Under the pieces are notes generated by a model. That model was not told where the DNA came from. It did not search any database and saw only the letters and a list, made by a program, of their open reading frames with translations. From IMG/VR virus record IMGVR_UViG_3300037722_000529, positions 1 through 50,273 of that record: a stretch of 50,273 nucleotides of DNA; one strand, given 5' to 3'. A program made the position numbers and the translations under genes. Positions 18,994 to 27,762 of this stretch are shown here, piece by piece. Numbering within the stretch: the first letter of the stretch is position 1; the number at the start of each line of letters is the position of its first letter. Source of the stretch: a virus (Duplodnaviria > Caudoviricetes).

Positions 18994-19323
18994 ATGACCA
19001 TCCGCGATATCGCCCTCCTACTGATCGGAGCCGCCGTCATCATCATGCTCGCCGCTTTGCTCGCCGCCTGGCCGGCTAACGCCCACATGGCGCAAACCGG
19101 CTGGGCCTATTCGTTCGCATGCTGCTCCGGCAAAGACTGCCGCGAGGTGGCTGACAGCGAGGTCACGCCCACCGACGACGGCTGGGTGGTGGCGGCGACC
19201 GGTGAAGTCATCGCCTATGACGATCTGCGCGTGGAGCCAAGCGGCGACGAGTTCTTTCATGTCTGCCTCATGAAGTCGCCGCTGCGCGTGCGGTGTCTCT
19301 ACGTCCCCCAGACCTGGGGGTGA
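18994..19323 (+). CDS. Secreted cysteine-rich protein
   Basis: Signal peptide ending ANA-H; CCSGKDC..SGD..FHVC..RCLYVP. Confidence 0.65.
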   Translation: MTIRDIALLLIGAAVIIMLAALLAAWPANAHMAQTGWAYSFACCSGKDCREVADSEVTPTDDGWVVAATGEVIAYDDLRVEPSGDEFFHVCLMKSPLRVRCLYVPQTWG

Positions 19324-19325
19324 CG

Positions 19326-19532
19326 ATGTGGACCGCCATAGTGGTGGTTTTCATATTGGGCGGGCCGTTGGCCGGACGTACGGTCGAATTTCGCCAGCCG
19401 GCGGGCGACCGTGAGACATGCCAGACCGTGGCCGCCACGATGATCGCCAGCCTGCCGCAAGGGCTCCTGGCGCAGGTCGGCGCGATCTGTGTCCAGCCGC
19501 GCGCCGCGCCGCGACAGGACCGGGGGGTGTGA
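19326..19532 (+). CDS. Small hypothetical protein
   Basis: Hydrophobic N-terminus and two Cys; last gene of the late arm. Confidence 0.45.
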   Translation: MWTAIVVVFILGGPLAGRTVEFRQPAGDRETCQTVAATMIASLPQGLLAQVGAICVQPRAAPRQDRGV

Positions 19533-19658
19533 CGGCCATCCATTCAAGCTGCCGCTCTGGCGGAAACAGAGAGTCGATTCAAGCACTTGACTCGATTGGG
19601 GAAATCATCCCCTAACCACTTGAAATGAGTCAGAGAATCCGCTAGATGTAAGTGCGGT

Positions 19659-19859
19659 TCACGAAGCGGGCCTTGAGCCCGTGGAGTAACCGACTGAGCG
19701 GCCATCCATCCTCACGGATGGCCGTCTCTCGTTTATGCACGCTGCCATCTCGCGCAACTTTCGGTTTGCCTCCGCAAGCTGTTTGTCGGACATGCCGAGC
19801 CAGAGATACACGACGATAGTTCGGTCGCGCTTCTGCCCCTCTGTCAGCTTGGCGGTCAT
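19659..19859 (-). CDS. Hypothetical protein
   Basis: MTAKLTEGQKRDRT ORF at the end of the leftward cluster. Confidence 0.4.
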   Translation of the reverse strand: MTAKLTEGQKRDRTIVVYLWLGMSDKQLAEANRKLREMAACINERRPSVRMDGRSVGYSTGSRPAS

Positions 19860-20019
19860 TATGATTTCACCGTGCCGTCGTCGCGCGGGTCGGAGACAAT
19901 GCGCAGGGGCAGATCGCGCGGTGGGCACGTAATGAGTGCCGCCCTCGTCGGTGTGGTGATTGTCGCCGCGTACACAATGATTGTAACGGGGCTGTACGTG
20001 GCGACGGCGTCAGGGGCGC

Positions 20020-20388
20020 TCATTCAGAATCTCCGTTGGCAATGGCGAGCAGCGTGTCGCCGTGGCAGGGCTGGTCGAGCCGGCAGGTGCAGGCGAGGTT
20101 CTTGCCCCGTAACTCGGGCAACTTGTCCATCACGAGTTGGCGAAGGCGCGCGGCCGCGAAGCCGACCTCGGCATCGGACGCCTGGCCGTTGATCCAGACC
20201 TCGTGCAGCGACACGGCCATCTCGCGAGAGTATTCGCCGACCCGCCACGGATTCCCCAACAGGCCACCGAACGCACCCTGTCGCGTGCAATTGACCGCCG
20301 GCAGACCGTTGGTCGCCATGCTGAGGCGTTGAAGATTGAAACCCTTGAGGCGCGAAAGCTGCAACCGAACCGGCTTGGCGGCGCTCAT
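20020..20388 (-). CDS. DUF4326 family protein
   Basis: PVRLQLSRLKGF, GNPWRVG, LPELRGKNLACTC..PCHGDTLLAIAN. Confidence 0.85.
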   Translation of the reverse strand: MSAAKPVRLQLSRLKGFNLQRLSMATNGLPAVNCTRQGAFGGLLGNPWRVGEYSREMAVSLHEVWINGQASDAEVGFAAARLRQLVMDKLPELRGKNLACTCRLDQPCHGDTLLAIANGDSE

Positions 20389-20573
20389 CCCCCATCCTCC
20401 TCAGCCGCGTTGTGGGCGGCGATGTGCACCGGCATTTTCTTCAGCCATCGCCGGATTGTTCTTGGCGAAACGTTGTAGCGAGCGGCCATCTCAAACTGGT
20501 TCCAGCCCATCGCTAGAAGGGATTCGAGTTCAAGCGCCAGCCGCTGCTCGTATGTCGCCGGCACGGTCCCCAT
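20385..20573 (-). CDS. Small HTH protein
   Basis: GWNQFEMAARYNVSPRTIRRWL. Confidence 0.7.
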   Translation of the reverse strand: MGTVPATYEQRLALELESLLAMGWNQFEMAARYNVSPRTIRRWLKKMPVHIAAHNAAEEDGG

Positions 20574-20577
20574 CTCG

Positions 20578-20856
20578 CTACCCTCCCTCGCTGGCAGGTG
20601 ACTTGCGCTGCACCGGCGAGAAGCCTCGCAGGTACTCGTGCAGATCGCGCAACTGGTCGTCGGTCAGCGGAGCCGAGAAGGCCACGTCATAGAATTTGGG
20701 GTTGTTGGGATCGCGCCCGACGCCCATCACGCGGGGACCGGACGGCGGGCAGATGCGTTCGATGGGCTGGCCCCATCCGTAGGGACTCTCCTTCGCCTTG
20801 CGATAAGCTTCAAGGTTGGCCTGACCGGCCTTCGTCAGTTTCGGGCGCTCGGTCAT
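20578..20856 (-). CDS. Hypothetical protein
   Basis: Translationally coupled ORF in the leftward cluster. Confidence 0.55.
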   Translation of the reverse strand: MTERPKLTKAGQANLEAYRKAKESPYGWGQPIERICPPSGPRVMGVGRDPNNPKFYDVAFSAPLTDDQLRDLHEYLRGFSPVQRKSPASEGG

Positions 20857-21095
20857 GGCGACATCATCATGCTGTAGTGTCGGGCGGACATGCCGCACTT
20901 GGCGCAATAGAGCGAGCCACCGCAGCCATCTTCGTCGTCGCGCCAGTCCTTGAAATCGTGTTCGCAGCCGTCCGGCTTTGGCATGGCGTGAAAGAACGTC
21001 GGCGGCGGACCTTGCGGGCAGTCCGGCCGCTGGCAGTGTAATGGTGTTGCGTCGTTCGACTGATCACCGCAGGTCGTGCAGATCATTCCGCTCAT
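20853..21095 (-). CDS. Small Cys-rich (Zn-binding) protein
   Basis: CTTC, CEHDF and CAKCG motifs. Confidence 0.6.
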   Translation of the reverse strand: MSGMICTTCGDQSNDATPLHCQRPDCPQGPPPTFFHAMPKPDGCEHDFKDWRDDEDGCGGSLYCAKCGMSARHYSMMMSP

Positions 21096-21251
21096 GGCAC
21101 CAATTCCCCATCCTTCTTGCCCGTGTTGTGGAAGCCGCCCCTACCGACAGAGACTCGGTCATCGGGGTGGCTCCCTTGCTCGCTCCATCTCTGCCGGGTT
21201 GTCATCCGGTGGAGTCCGCAAGAGCTTTAACGTATTTCATTGCCTCGGCCT

Positions 21252-21611
21252 CTATTTCGGTCGTTCGTGCAGGACGCGGCCGAACTGCGCAACGTCCAAT
21301 TCTTCTACGGTCGGCTTTCTGTCGGTGCGCGGGGCGCGGATGGCGTCGGCGATCTCGCGCCCATCCGCGTATTTCTCGTGCGTGAGCGGAAGCAGATGAT
21401 TGGTGGCCGGATCGACAACGATTTTTGCCTCGGCGATCTTCGCGCACCGCTCTGTCTCGGCCGCGACGCGGATGGCGGCGTAGGCGCGAAAGGTGTCGGC
21501 GATGTCAGCCGCGAGCGCGTCTGCGATCTCCATATTTTCGGGCAAGTCGTCGCCCTCGAAGTGGCGCGAGACGATCTCCCGCGCGATGGTGCCGGCGTCA
21601 GGGTCGGTCAT
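21252..21611 (-). CDS. Hypothetical phage protein
   Basis: AAGGAG RBS; AETERCAKIAE..IADAIRA is a common phage small-protein motif. Confidence 0.6.
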   Translation of the reverse strand: MTDPDAGTIAREIVSRHFEGDDLPENMEIADALAADIADTFRAYAAIRVAAETERCAKIAEAKIVVDPATNHLLPLTHEKYADGREIADAIRAPRTDRKPTVEELDVAQFGRVLHERPK

Positions 21612-21902
21612 GGCTTGGGCTCCTTCGCTCAGCGTAGGGCCGCGACCCGAGGGGGCTGTCGTGAGATCGCGGCTGATCTGGCCTAGCACGAAGCCTCGCG
21701 GCATCCCCTCGGCCATTCTCGGCTCACTGAAGCTCCTTCGCTGCGCCGCCTGATAGGGCTACGACGTGTTTCATCGCCAGCCCTCAGCAACGGGGGAGGG
21801 GGCGGCGGGGCGTGTCACAGCCGCTCGCCGCGCTACCCCCTCGGATCGGCGATGGCTCGGCAAACCGTGACCCGGCGCGGCGGAAATCCGCCGTTTCAGC
21901 CC

Positions 21903-21946
21903 GCTTCCCAAGCTGCATACGAGGGTTCGATTCCCTTCACCCGCTC
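21903..21946 (+). other. attP core: 3' half of a tRNA-Gly(CCC) gene
   Basis: GCTTCCCAAGCTGCATACGAGGGTTCGATTCCCTTCACCCGCTC gives anticodon loop, T-arm and acceptor 3' strand, with no 5' half; ~30 bp from the integrase stop. Confidence 0.85.
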
Positions 21947-21978
21947 TCAAAACGTTCCCGCGCCGTGTCATAGCCGTG

Positions 21979-23229
21979 TCACGCCTCGTTCTTGGTGCGT
22001 TTCGCCACCCGGAGCGTCGCCACCCGGGCCGTCGCCGGGCCGGTGCCGCGGATGTAGCGGGAGGTCATCTTGGCGTCGGTATGGGTCGCGTGGCGGCGCA
22101 GATCGTCCACGGCCGCCCCGGCGTCGGCGCCCTCGGTGATCCCGCCGGCCCGCGAGTCCATGTTCCACACCGCGTCGGGCACGCCGGCCGCCCGCGCTAT
22201 CGCCCGCCACTTCACCCGGTAATCGTCAGCCCGGTAAGGATGGCCGGTGGTCTCGCTGACGATCATCGGGCCGACCCTGGTTGACAAAACACCGGCATTT
22301 TCTGGTCTGGTTGCGGGCCTCTCTCCGCAACCGGCGAGCGCCCGCATAACCAGAGGATAGAGCTTCAAATCCCACTCGCCCACGGCCGCCGTCTTGGTCG
22401 TCGTCTTGGTCAGGATCAGGTCGGCCGACAGGTCGGACCACAGCACGCCGCCCGACCACCGCTGGCCGTGGTAGACGATGCCGGAGGAATATTTCTTGGC
22501 ATATTTTTCGCCGGTTTCGACCGCCGATGCCCACTCGCCGATCACGTCGCGCTGCCGCAGCGACAGCTCGAACTGAAGCGCCTGGGCGAGCCCGATAGAG
22601 GGCCGCCCGGCGGCGATGGCGCCTTCGACGATCGCCGCCGCCTGCGCGTAGGTCAGGGCCGCCCGGCGCGGTGCCGGCAGCGGAAACGTCATGTTCGACA
22701 GCACGTCGGCGGCGTCCCGGCAGCCGGCGTAGCGCATCGAGGCGCCGAACCTCAGCACGATCCGCAGCATCTTGATGCAGTTGTGCGCCCGGCGCACCCG
22801 GTCTGGTCCATCCTCGCCGTCCGGGAAGCGGAAACCGCGATGCCAGCGGGCGAAGTCCTTGCGGGTCAGAAGATCGACGCGGCGAGGCCCCACGGCAGCG
22901 GCGACGATCGCCAGTGTGTCATCGTAGTGGCGGCGGGTGTTGCCCTTGACGCCGCGGTAGGGCGAATCCTCGTCGGTCTGATAGATGCCGATCAGACTGG
23001 CGAGCGTGCCGTCGTATTCCGTCGCCGCCGGTCCCTGCCGCCCGAGCCATTCCTGCAACTCGACGGTCAGCGCGCGGCATTTGGCGGCGATTGCGTCGTC
23101 GTCGCCCTCCAGCCGCATTGTCTTGAGCGGATACGCCGCTGCCCGTCGCGCCGCCCGCGCGGCGACCCAGTAGCATGCGAACGTGCCGTCAGACCGTTTC
23201 CGGCGTTTTAGACCTGGTGCGTTGCTCAT
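21979..23229 (-). CDS. int: Tyrosine integrase
   Basis: LSLRQRDV (catalytic R), MDSRAGG, HATHTDAKMTSRY (H..Y); adjacent to attP. Confidence 0.88.
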   Translation of the reverse strand: MSNAPGLKRRKRSDGTFACYWVAARAARRAAAYPLKTMRLEGDDDAIAAKCRALTVELQEWLGRQGPAATEYDGTLASLIGIYQTDEDSPYRGVKGNTRRHYDDTLAIVAAAVGPRRVDLLTRKDFARWHRGFRFPDGEDGPDRVRRAHNCIKMLRIVLRFGASMRYAGCRDAADVLSNMTFPLPAPRRAALTYAQAAAIVEGAIAAGRPSIGLAQALQFELSLRQRDVIGEWASAVETGEKYAKKYSSGIVYHGQRWSGGVLWSDLSADLILTKTTTKTAAVGEWDLKLYPLVMRALAGCGERPATRPENAGVLSTRVGPMIVSETTGHPYRADDYRVKWRAIARAAGVPDAVWNMDSRAGGITEGADAGAAVDDLRRHATHTDAKMTSRYIRGTGPATARVATLRVAKRTKNEA

Positions 23230-23467
23230 CGAACCTTTCCTCCCCATCGGGCGCGAAGCCGCTCTTGGCACCCGATGGTGTCCCCAGGCCGCTGCGGCGG
23301 TCAAGGAACGCCTTCACGGCGGGCCAGTACCTGCGGCGGCAGAACAGCGGATCGCGCCTCGGCAGCCCCGCGCGTTCCAGCACGGGGGCAATTTCCCGCC
23401 ACTTGTCCTTGCCGACGCCGATGCGGTCGGCGATCTCAGCGTCGTCGAGATACAGCGGCTCGGTCAC
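23189..23467 (-). CDS. Excisionase-like winged HTH
   Basis: LDDAEIADRIGV..GLPRRDPLFCRRRYWPAVKAFLDRR; overlaps the int start. Confidence 0.7.
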   Translation of the reverse strand: MTEPLYLDDAEIADRIGVGKDKWREIAPVLERAGLPRRDPLFCRRRYWPAVKAFLDRRSGLGTPSGAKSGFAPDGEERFDEQRTRSKTPETV

Positions 23468-23673
23468 AGCGGCAGTTCTTCCTTCTTGGCCAGCGTCCCG
23501 TAGTCGGCTGCGATCTCGTCCATGATGGCGATCTGCTTGTCGGCGTCGGCCTGCGTCATCTTCCCGGCGACAACCCGCTTGGGATAGACGAAGCGCCGAT
23601 AGCCGGTCTCGCGCTGGGCGCACTGCATCTTCTGCCGCGCCGTGAACCGCTGCGGCTTGCTCAGGTCAACCAC
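23464..23673 (-). CDS. Conserved small phage protein
   Basis: CAQRETGYRRFVYPKRV.AGKMTQADADKQIAIM. Confidence 0.7.
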   Translation of the reverse strand: MVDLSKPQRFTARQKMQCAQRETGYRRFVYPKRVVAGKMTQADADKQIAIMDEIAADYGTLAKKEELPL

Positions 23674-24748
23674 CGACCGCCTCCACATCCGCCTTCAGCT
23701 CGTCGATCCGCGCCGCGACCTTGTCGCGGATGATCGTCGACAGATCGCGCGGCATGTCGAGCGCGCGCCGCTGATCCTTCTGCGCCTGGCTATTCCACCA
23801 TTCCGTCACCGACTGCGCCGTCGCCCCGTCCTCCTGCAAGATCATGTCGACGTAGCTTTGGTAGGCGGCAATCGCGCCGTCGTCGGGGGCGGCGGAGGGA
23901 GTCGCCGCTGGGACGCCCCCTCCGCCGCGGTCCACAGCCGGGGAGGTTGCGGCCGCGGATGCCTCGCCGCCCTTCGCCCACCGCGCAAGTCTGGCGCCGA
24001 TGTCTTCGGACAGCGGTTGTTCCTTCTCGAAGATGTCCTTGAACTGCTCTGGCAGCTTCATCATCAGGCGTTCGCCGACCTGATCCGAACGCCACGTCGG
24101 CACGCCATTGGCGTGTGGCAGCAACAGGCAGTTGACCGTCATCTCGAACACCAGTTCGTCGCCGGCGATCGGCATGAACCCCTGCGGCACGATCTCCGTC
24201 TTGCCGCCGATCTTGACCGGCTTCACCGTCTCCTTGGCGCGGAAGCAGAAGATGAAATTCCCGCCAAGTTGCAACAGGCCATCGATGAACCGCCGGCGGG
24301 CAGCCTTCGGCTTCTGCCAGGCGAGCATCTTCATCCGCTCTCGCTTTGCGTAGTCGTCGCCTGCGAGCCGGTCGAGCTCCTGGTCGTGAAAGTCCAGCAT
24401 CCCGGCCGGCCCGGAATGTTCGTGGCTCAGCGAGTCCACGATGACCACACTGGCGCCGGCCTTCACGCATTGCTGGATCGCGGCGAGGTAGTCGATCGAG
24501 CCGAACGGTGCGTCGAACTGGATGTGCTTGAACTTGAAGCGGTCAGCGTAGTGCAGCATCCGGCGTGCCTCGGTGTCGACGCCGTAGATGTCGCCGCCGG
24601 TCACCGTCTGAATACCGGACGCCAGCCGCAGCGCCGAGTAGGTCTTGCCACCACCGCTCGGCCCCATGAGCCCGACGAGCAGCGGGACGGATTCGCGCAC
24701 GGCGGGCTTGGCGTCGAAGGAGCGGGCGGCGGGCGCGGTCATCGTCAT
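23666..24748 (-). CDS. AAA ATPase, Sak4-like recombination protein
   Basis: Walker A GPSGGGKT, VDTE, VIVDSLSHE; next to an exonuclease. Confidence 0.8.
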   Translation of the reverse strand: MTMTAPAARSFDAKPAVRESVPLLVGLMGPSGGGKTYSALRLASGIQTVTGGDIYGVDTEARRMLHYADRFKFKHIQFDAPFGSIDYLAAIQQCVKAGASVVIVDSLSHEHSGPAGMLDFHDQELDRLAGDDYAKRERMKMLAWQKPKAARRRFIDGLLQLGGNFIFCFRAKETVKPVKIGGKTEIVPQGFMPIAGDELVFEMTVNCLLLPHANGVPTWRSDQVGERLMMKLPEQFKDIFEKEQPLSEDIGARLARWAKGGEASAAATSPAVDRGGGGVPAATPSAAPDDGAIAAYQSYVDMILQEDGATAQSVTEWWNSQAQKDQRRALDMPRDLSTIIRDKVAARIDELKADVEAVGG

Positions 24749-25686
24749 CCCCCCATGATGCTGTGCAACTGGCGCGGACGCCGCTCGGCTTCCTCGACCT
24801 CGCGGTCCAGCCAGCGCGCCTCCTGCCATGCCGGGTAAGAAGGTCGGCACACCTCGGCCGAATACGCCGGCCATTCCCCCGACTCCATGCAGCGCCGCCA
24901 CAGGTCGAGGGCGTAGGCGAGCTTCTTCCGGCCCATGGTCATGACCGACTCGGGCAGCTCGACCGGCGTCAGCGCGAACGGCGGCGCGTTCTCGACGGCG
25001 ACGAAGCGGAACGTGCGCCGGCCGGCGTTGCCGGGATCGACGATGTCAAGGCCGCGCTCCTGCATGGCCGCCTGAACATCCCAGCCGGCGTTCGTCATCA
25101 GGTTCGGGATGGCGTGCGGGGCGACCGACAGCGTCGTCGTCTTGAGATCGTAGACGGTCGGGACGCGGTTCCCGAGCCAGTCGATCATCGTGCGCGCCCA
25201 GATGCCGCCCTCCTGCCAGACCACGACCACTTCGCCATCGCCGTTGTCGAAGGCATCGAGCCACCCGGCCTGCTCGCATTGATCGCGCACGGCGTCGACC
25301 AGCCGCGTCACCTGAACCATGTGCTTCGACAGGATCGGGATGGAGCCGGCGGCGGATTTTTCATCGCGAAACGCGCGGGCCTCCTTCGACCGCCAGTCGG
25401 TGCCGTCGAACACCGCCACGGTCTTGCCGCGGCCGATCAGGTAGGCGTGGGCCGCACTGCCGATCGCCTGGGCCGCCTTGTACGGCTCCGGCGTCTCGTC
25501 GTCGGCCGGGTCGGGCGGCGTCAGGCGCGGGTGCGCGGCCTTGGCGTGGGCCGGCGAGCGGTCGATCAGGAGCTTGGCGATGGATTGCGTGAGGGACGGC
25601 TCGGGGCACGGGTCGGCGTGGTAGGCGTCCACGTCGAAGTCGAGATGGATGCCGGGCGTGAGGACGGTGCGCTTCGCGTCGGTCAT
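24745..25686 (-). CDS. Exonuclease VIII/RecE-like PD-(D/E)XK nuclease
   Basis: YHADP..SLTQSIAK, GSAAH, RTMIDWL..VYDLKTT, YSAEV. Confidence 0.85.
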   Translation of the reverse strand: MTDAKRTVLTPGIHLDFDVDAYHADPCPEPSLTQSIAKLLIDRSPAHAKAAHPRLTPPDPADDETPEPYKAAQAIGSAAHAYLIGRGKTVAVFDGTDWRSKEARAFRDEKSAAGSIPILSKHMVQVTRLVDAVRDQCEQAGWLDAFDNGDGEVVVVWQEGGIWARTMIDWLGNRVPTVYDLKTTTLSVAPHAIPNLMTNAGWDVQAAMQERGLDIVDPGNAGRRTFRFVAVENAPPFALTPVELPESVMTMGRKKLAYALDLWRRCMESGEWPAYSAEVCRPSYPAWQEARWLDREVEEAERRPRQLHSIMGG

Positions 25687-25831
25687 CGTATGCTCCTGAA
25701 TGCCCGACACCGGACCACGGGGGGTTGAACACGCCCCGCTCGATGGCCTGTGGCCCGGTGCTGGAATGGGGCTGATGTTGGGTACAGCACGTTAGGCTCC
25801 CTCAGTTGCCGAGCGGGGCGAATGGGTCATG

Positions 25832-26200
25832 TTAGGGCGGGGTTTCGTCGCCTCGTGCTTTGGCGAGGGCGGCTCGGGCGGCATCCATGAACCTGTCGAC
25901 GTAGAGCGGATTGCCGCCGATCGCGACTTGCATCCGTTCGTCGCCGCCCATCAGGTCGTCCAGCGCCGTGTAGAGTTCCGGCGCGGCGGCGATCAGGTGG
26001 GCGTTGGCCGCCACTTCAGCTTCAAGCGTTAGCGATTGATGTGGCGATGAAGCATTGCCTATCCACGCAATCCGCCGTTGAAAACCACCAGTGCTTGCGG
26101 GATCGTATGGACGCGAAGAGACCACACCGTAATCTTGTCGGTTGGCGTTGATCGGGCCATGCGCGAACCACGGCCCCGGCGTCCATTTCGTCTCGCTCAT
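25832..26200 (-). CDS. Conserved phage early protein
   Basis: WTPGPW..ANAHLIAAAPELY. Confidence 0.8.
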   Translation of the reverse strand: MSETKWTPGPWFAHGPINANRQDYGVVSSRPYDPASTGGFQRRIAWIGNASSPHQSLTLEAEVAANAHLIAAAPELYTALDDLMGGDERMQVAIGGNPLYVDRFMDAARAALAKARGDETPP

Positions 26201-26240
26201 CGTGCGCTCCTCGCCTTAACGTCGTCGCGTGTGTCGCCGC

Positions 26241-26585
26241 TCATAGCCGCCTGCCTGCCTGTCCGTAATTGACCGGCCCGCCGGGGCCGGATTCGTGGGC
26301 CAGTTCCTTAAGCCTCTCGTCCAACTCTGCCTGCATGTACCGGGCGTGTGCGGCCTTGCGCCGATAATCGCCCATGTGTGCAAGCAGGGCCTCGACCGAC
26401 CCGGCAAACGCCAAGTCGTCTCCATGCCGGATTGCGTACCGGCTGACGCCGACGCGCACGATCTCGACAGCCTCAACCCATCTGCCGCCGGCCCACCACC
26501 ATGAGACGACCAGCGTCGAGCCGAGACGGCGGAAGATAAGGCCTGGCGTCCGGTGGGTGTGCTGCCGCGGTGCCGTGTCGGTCAT
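26241..26585 (-). CDS. Hypothetical protein
   Basis: ATGA-coupled ORF in the PL operon. Confidence 0.5.
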   Translation of the reverse strand: MTDTAPRQHTHRTPGLIFRRLGSTLVVSWWWAGGRWVEAVEIVRVGVSRYAIRHGDDLAFAGSVEALLAHMGDYRRKAAHARYMQAELDERLKELAHESGPGGPVNYGQAGRRL

Positions 26586-26965
26586 TGGCGATCTCCATCG
26601 AGGTAGAGCTTCTCGATCTCCCGCGCGATTTGGCGGAAGGATTTGTGATCGTCATCGTTGAGTCCGACGAAAAACTGCTGATCTCCTGCGGTAAGGCCGA
26701 TCTTTTTCCGAACGATATCCGGCAAGGACAAGATGCGAGGGACCTCGTCGGGATATCGCCATGCCCGCCCGTCCCACTTCCAGTGAGTGGCCCGCACGAC
26801 CTTGGTATGGGCGACGATCTCGGAAAGAACACCCAGCGCGCTATATCCGGCGCGCTGGGAGACCCGTCGACCTTTGCTCTTTACCCGGTGAAGCTCTCTG
26901 CGTGTCTGCACGTAGTTGCCTGACAGCAACTGGTCGCGCCACTTGCGGGCTAGGGATGGTTTCAT
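26582..26965 (-). CDS. Conserved phage protein, first gene of PL operon
   Basis: AGGAGG RBS; KWRDQLLSGNYVQ..ALGVL..LNDD..SFRQIAREIE. Confidence 0.7.
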   Translation of the reverse strand: MKPSLARKWRDQLLSGNYVQTRRELHRVKSKGRRVSQRAGYSALGVLSEIVAHTKVVRATHWKWDGRAWRYPDEVPRILSLPDIVRKKIGLTAGDQQFFVGLNDDDHKSFRQIAREIEKLYLDGDRQ

Positions 26966-26990
26966 GGTGCCCTCCTGCTATGGGAGGGGG

Positions 26991-27045
26991 ACGATAATTC
27001 ACAGCCTGTGAATGTGTCAAGCCTGAAAATTCACAAACTGTGAGT
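26991..27045 (-). promoter_or_regulatory. PL promoter with two operators
   Basis: TTGACA-N18-TATCGT on the minus strand; ATTCAC-N5-GTGAAT at 26997-27013 and ATTCAC-N5-GTGAGT at 27029-27045. Confidence 0.8.
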
Positions 27046-27090
27046 GCCGCTGGCGGGCAACGCCACAATTATCCGGGTTTTTGGCTTAAA

Positions 27091-27375
27091 TCAGAGCAGC
27101 CCTGACAGGCCGAGTTCGCCCAAGGCCTCTTGCATTTCTGGTGCATCAGGGTTGATTTTGCGCCTGCGTATCCAGCCCTTGATCATGCCGACGTTGAGGT
27201 TGATCCTGTAGACCACCGGCAGTTGAGCGACGGCATACAAGGCTATTTCCTGAGGACTATTGCCCGACATCTTGCCGAACGCAAGAAGCCCTGCCTTGTA
27301 TCCTTTATTCAAGATGTTTGGTGGCACGCCGAGACTTATCAGCGCCAGATTGACCCTCGCCGCGAAAAAGAACAT
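27091..27375 (-). CDS. Small AT-richer protein downstream of the repressor (lysogen-expressed accessory gene)
   Basis: Follows cI in the same orientation; atypical codon usage. Confidence 0.55.
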   Translation of the reverse strand: MFFFAARVNLALISLGVPPNILNKGYKAGLLAFGKMSGNSPQEIALYAVAQLPVVYRINLNVGMIKGWIRRRKINPDAPEMQEALGELGLSGLL

Positions 27376-27384
27376 CGCGGCGGC

Positions 27385-27660
27385 CTATTCGGCCGCGTCT
27401 CGATAGAGCTTGTCGGCCAACTCGCGGGGCAACCCTCTCAGGTCGCCAAAGTAAATCCAGTCGGATGTGACACCGAATCGCCTCTTGAGTTTCTCGACAA
27501 CCGCCAGCGTGATGCGCCTCCGCGGCGTGCCTCCACCCTCATATTGGTTCCAGCGGTTCGGCTCGACGCCGATCGCCCGACAAAGGTCAGCCTGGACCGG
27601 ATATCCCAACGCGAGCCGCGTCATCACGACGCGCTCGGCCACCTTATCATCCTGCGACAT
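27385..27660 (-). CDS. CI-like XRE repressor, HTH only (no S24 peptidase domain)
   Basis: QADLCRAIGVEPNRWNQYEGG..FGVTSDWIYFGD; divergent from cro. Confidence 0.8.
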   Translation of the reverse strand: MSQDDKVAERVVMTRLALGYPVQADLCRAIGVEPNRWNQYEGGGTPRRRITLAVVEKLKRRFGVTSDWIYFGDLRGLPRELADKLYRDAAE

Positions 27661-27723
27661 AACGGGAATAATCAACGCAATCCCGCAAAACGCTATTGCC
27701 GCAACGTGAACGAAAATGGCCTC

Positions 27724-27753
27724 TTGACTTATTCACATATCGTGAATTAGTTT
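27724..27753 (+). promoter_or_regulatory. PR promoter with operator in the spacer
   Basis: TTGACT-N18-TAGTTT; ATTCAC-ATATC-GTGAAT at 27731-27747. Confidence 0.8.
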
Positions 27754-27762
27754 CGCCGTCAA

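Noticed and set aside
21903-21946. Functional tRNA-Gly gene
   Set aside because: Only the 3' half is present and CCA is absent; it is the attP core.
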